Assembly (NCBI RefSeq): GCF_009914755.1
Contig: NC_060948.1
Source of the DNA: the human T2T-CHM13v2.0 reference genome, Homo sapiens
DNA length: 64,000 nucleotides
Direction: 5' to 3' (one strand)
The notes beneath the pieces are model-generated. The model was not told where the DNA came from and did not search any database. It worked only from the letters and a program-made list of their open reading frames with translations. Below, piece after piece: positions 62,562-64,000 of the stretch; the first letter of the stretch is position 1; every line of letters begins with the position of its first letter. The position numbers and the translations under genes are program-made.

Positions 62562-64000
62562 AGATCCATATTTTTTAAATGAAAAAAAATTTCAAAGGTA
62601 CTCTGCTTGGTACAATAATCAAATGTATAAACTGAGGAATAAAACATAACCATGAAACCTACTTATAACTGCATATGGAAAATACAGAGGATAATTTTTT
62701 AAATCACATATTTTGAAAGCCTTAACTAGTAATTTGAAGAGTTGGCATTTGAAAGGCCAGTATGAATATACCTTCAAAGCAGCAACACAGGTTCCCCATG
62801 AGAAAAAGCAAACTCAGGGAAAATAAAACCACAAAGGTTCAATCTCTTCTGACCTTTGAAAGACACAGCACAGACAGTGGTCCTTAGGACGAAGAGCAGG
62901 AGACCCCTAATTCCGTCACCATGGCGATAGGGCATAAACATTGCTGGGTGAGGGCACAATCCACATTGTGAGGTCCAACTGCTGCCAGGAAGACAGGAGT
63001 GCTTTTACATAGACCGAAAAGTCATTGAAGGCTCAGAGTTTTGTTTCAAGAACTGAATCCCAAGCCCACACGTTATTAGGCTGCGCTTCTTAAAACAAGT
63101 TATGAGATGGGAAAAAGGGCACCTACAAACATACGTATACATTATGTATATAATAATATACAGTATCATATATATAATATATATAACCCATGTATAATAT
63201 TGTTTTACATCCTGCATCTTATATTATATATATTGTATAAAATATAATAATTGATAATATATAAATTTTATATTTATACAATATGACATATAGTATATAT
63301 TATAATTTATTACATATATAATATATGTTATATATCATATATAGAATATATTATACGGTTAATATACGTATTAAATATAAATTATACATTATATATATTA
63401 TATATAATATATCTGCTATATATAATACCCATTGTGCATAATATATATATTATGTCTATGTTATATAATATAAAACAACATATAATAATATATAATTGCA
63501 TATATAAAACGCGACATATAATATATATTATATTTTATGACATATGTAATATATATTATATATTATATATAATACGTTGTATGTATAATACCTATATTAA
63601 ATATAAATTATATGACTATGTTATTAATTACATGTCACATATGTTATATATTATATATTTTACATAGAATATACCGGTTACATACAATATATACTATGTT
63701 ACCTATAATGTATAATTTATTACATGTAAAATAAAGAATGCAATATATTATGTATAATTTATAATATACAATATGTGGAATGTGATATATATAACATATA
63801 ATATATGATATATGATATACAGTATATGATATATAACATACAATATATGATACCTAATATATATGGTATACAATATATATTTTATGATATGTATTCTATA
63901 TGTTTTATATTCTGATATATATAACTATTTGAAATTATATATAACTGTATAATATTTTATGTAAATATGTAATATAATATATAACTATATAATATATTAT

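Overview
The whole window is one uninterrupted head-to-tail tandem array of a ~2.42-kb composite unit: about 26.5 copies, spacing 2414-2421 bp, all in the same orientation. Each unit has a ~1.55-kb very AT-rich block, a ~290-bp diverged Alu on the minus strand, and a ~570-bp complex-sequence segment (HSATI-like). The architecture, the unit length and a predicted 2146-bp HaeIII fragment match human DYZ2/HSat1B satellite, most likely Yq12 heterochromatin; related acrocentric HSat1B cannot be excluded by eye. I see no credible genes: the ORF track only reflects the repeat, though its variants are useful unit markers. I found no evidence of a new gene system. The interesting signal is structural: shared variants reveal a 7256-bp trimer duplication, a 4830-bp dimer duplication, a 21,745-bp (9-unit) long-range match, chimeric units and regional variant domains. 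Inside the unit there is an Alu with AluSc-like diagnostics and a fixed 16-bp duplication, hidden ~100-bp duplications in the AT block, and a speculative exon-like cassette. All comparisons were made by eye and need alignment to confirm.
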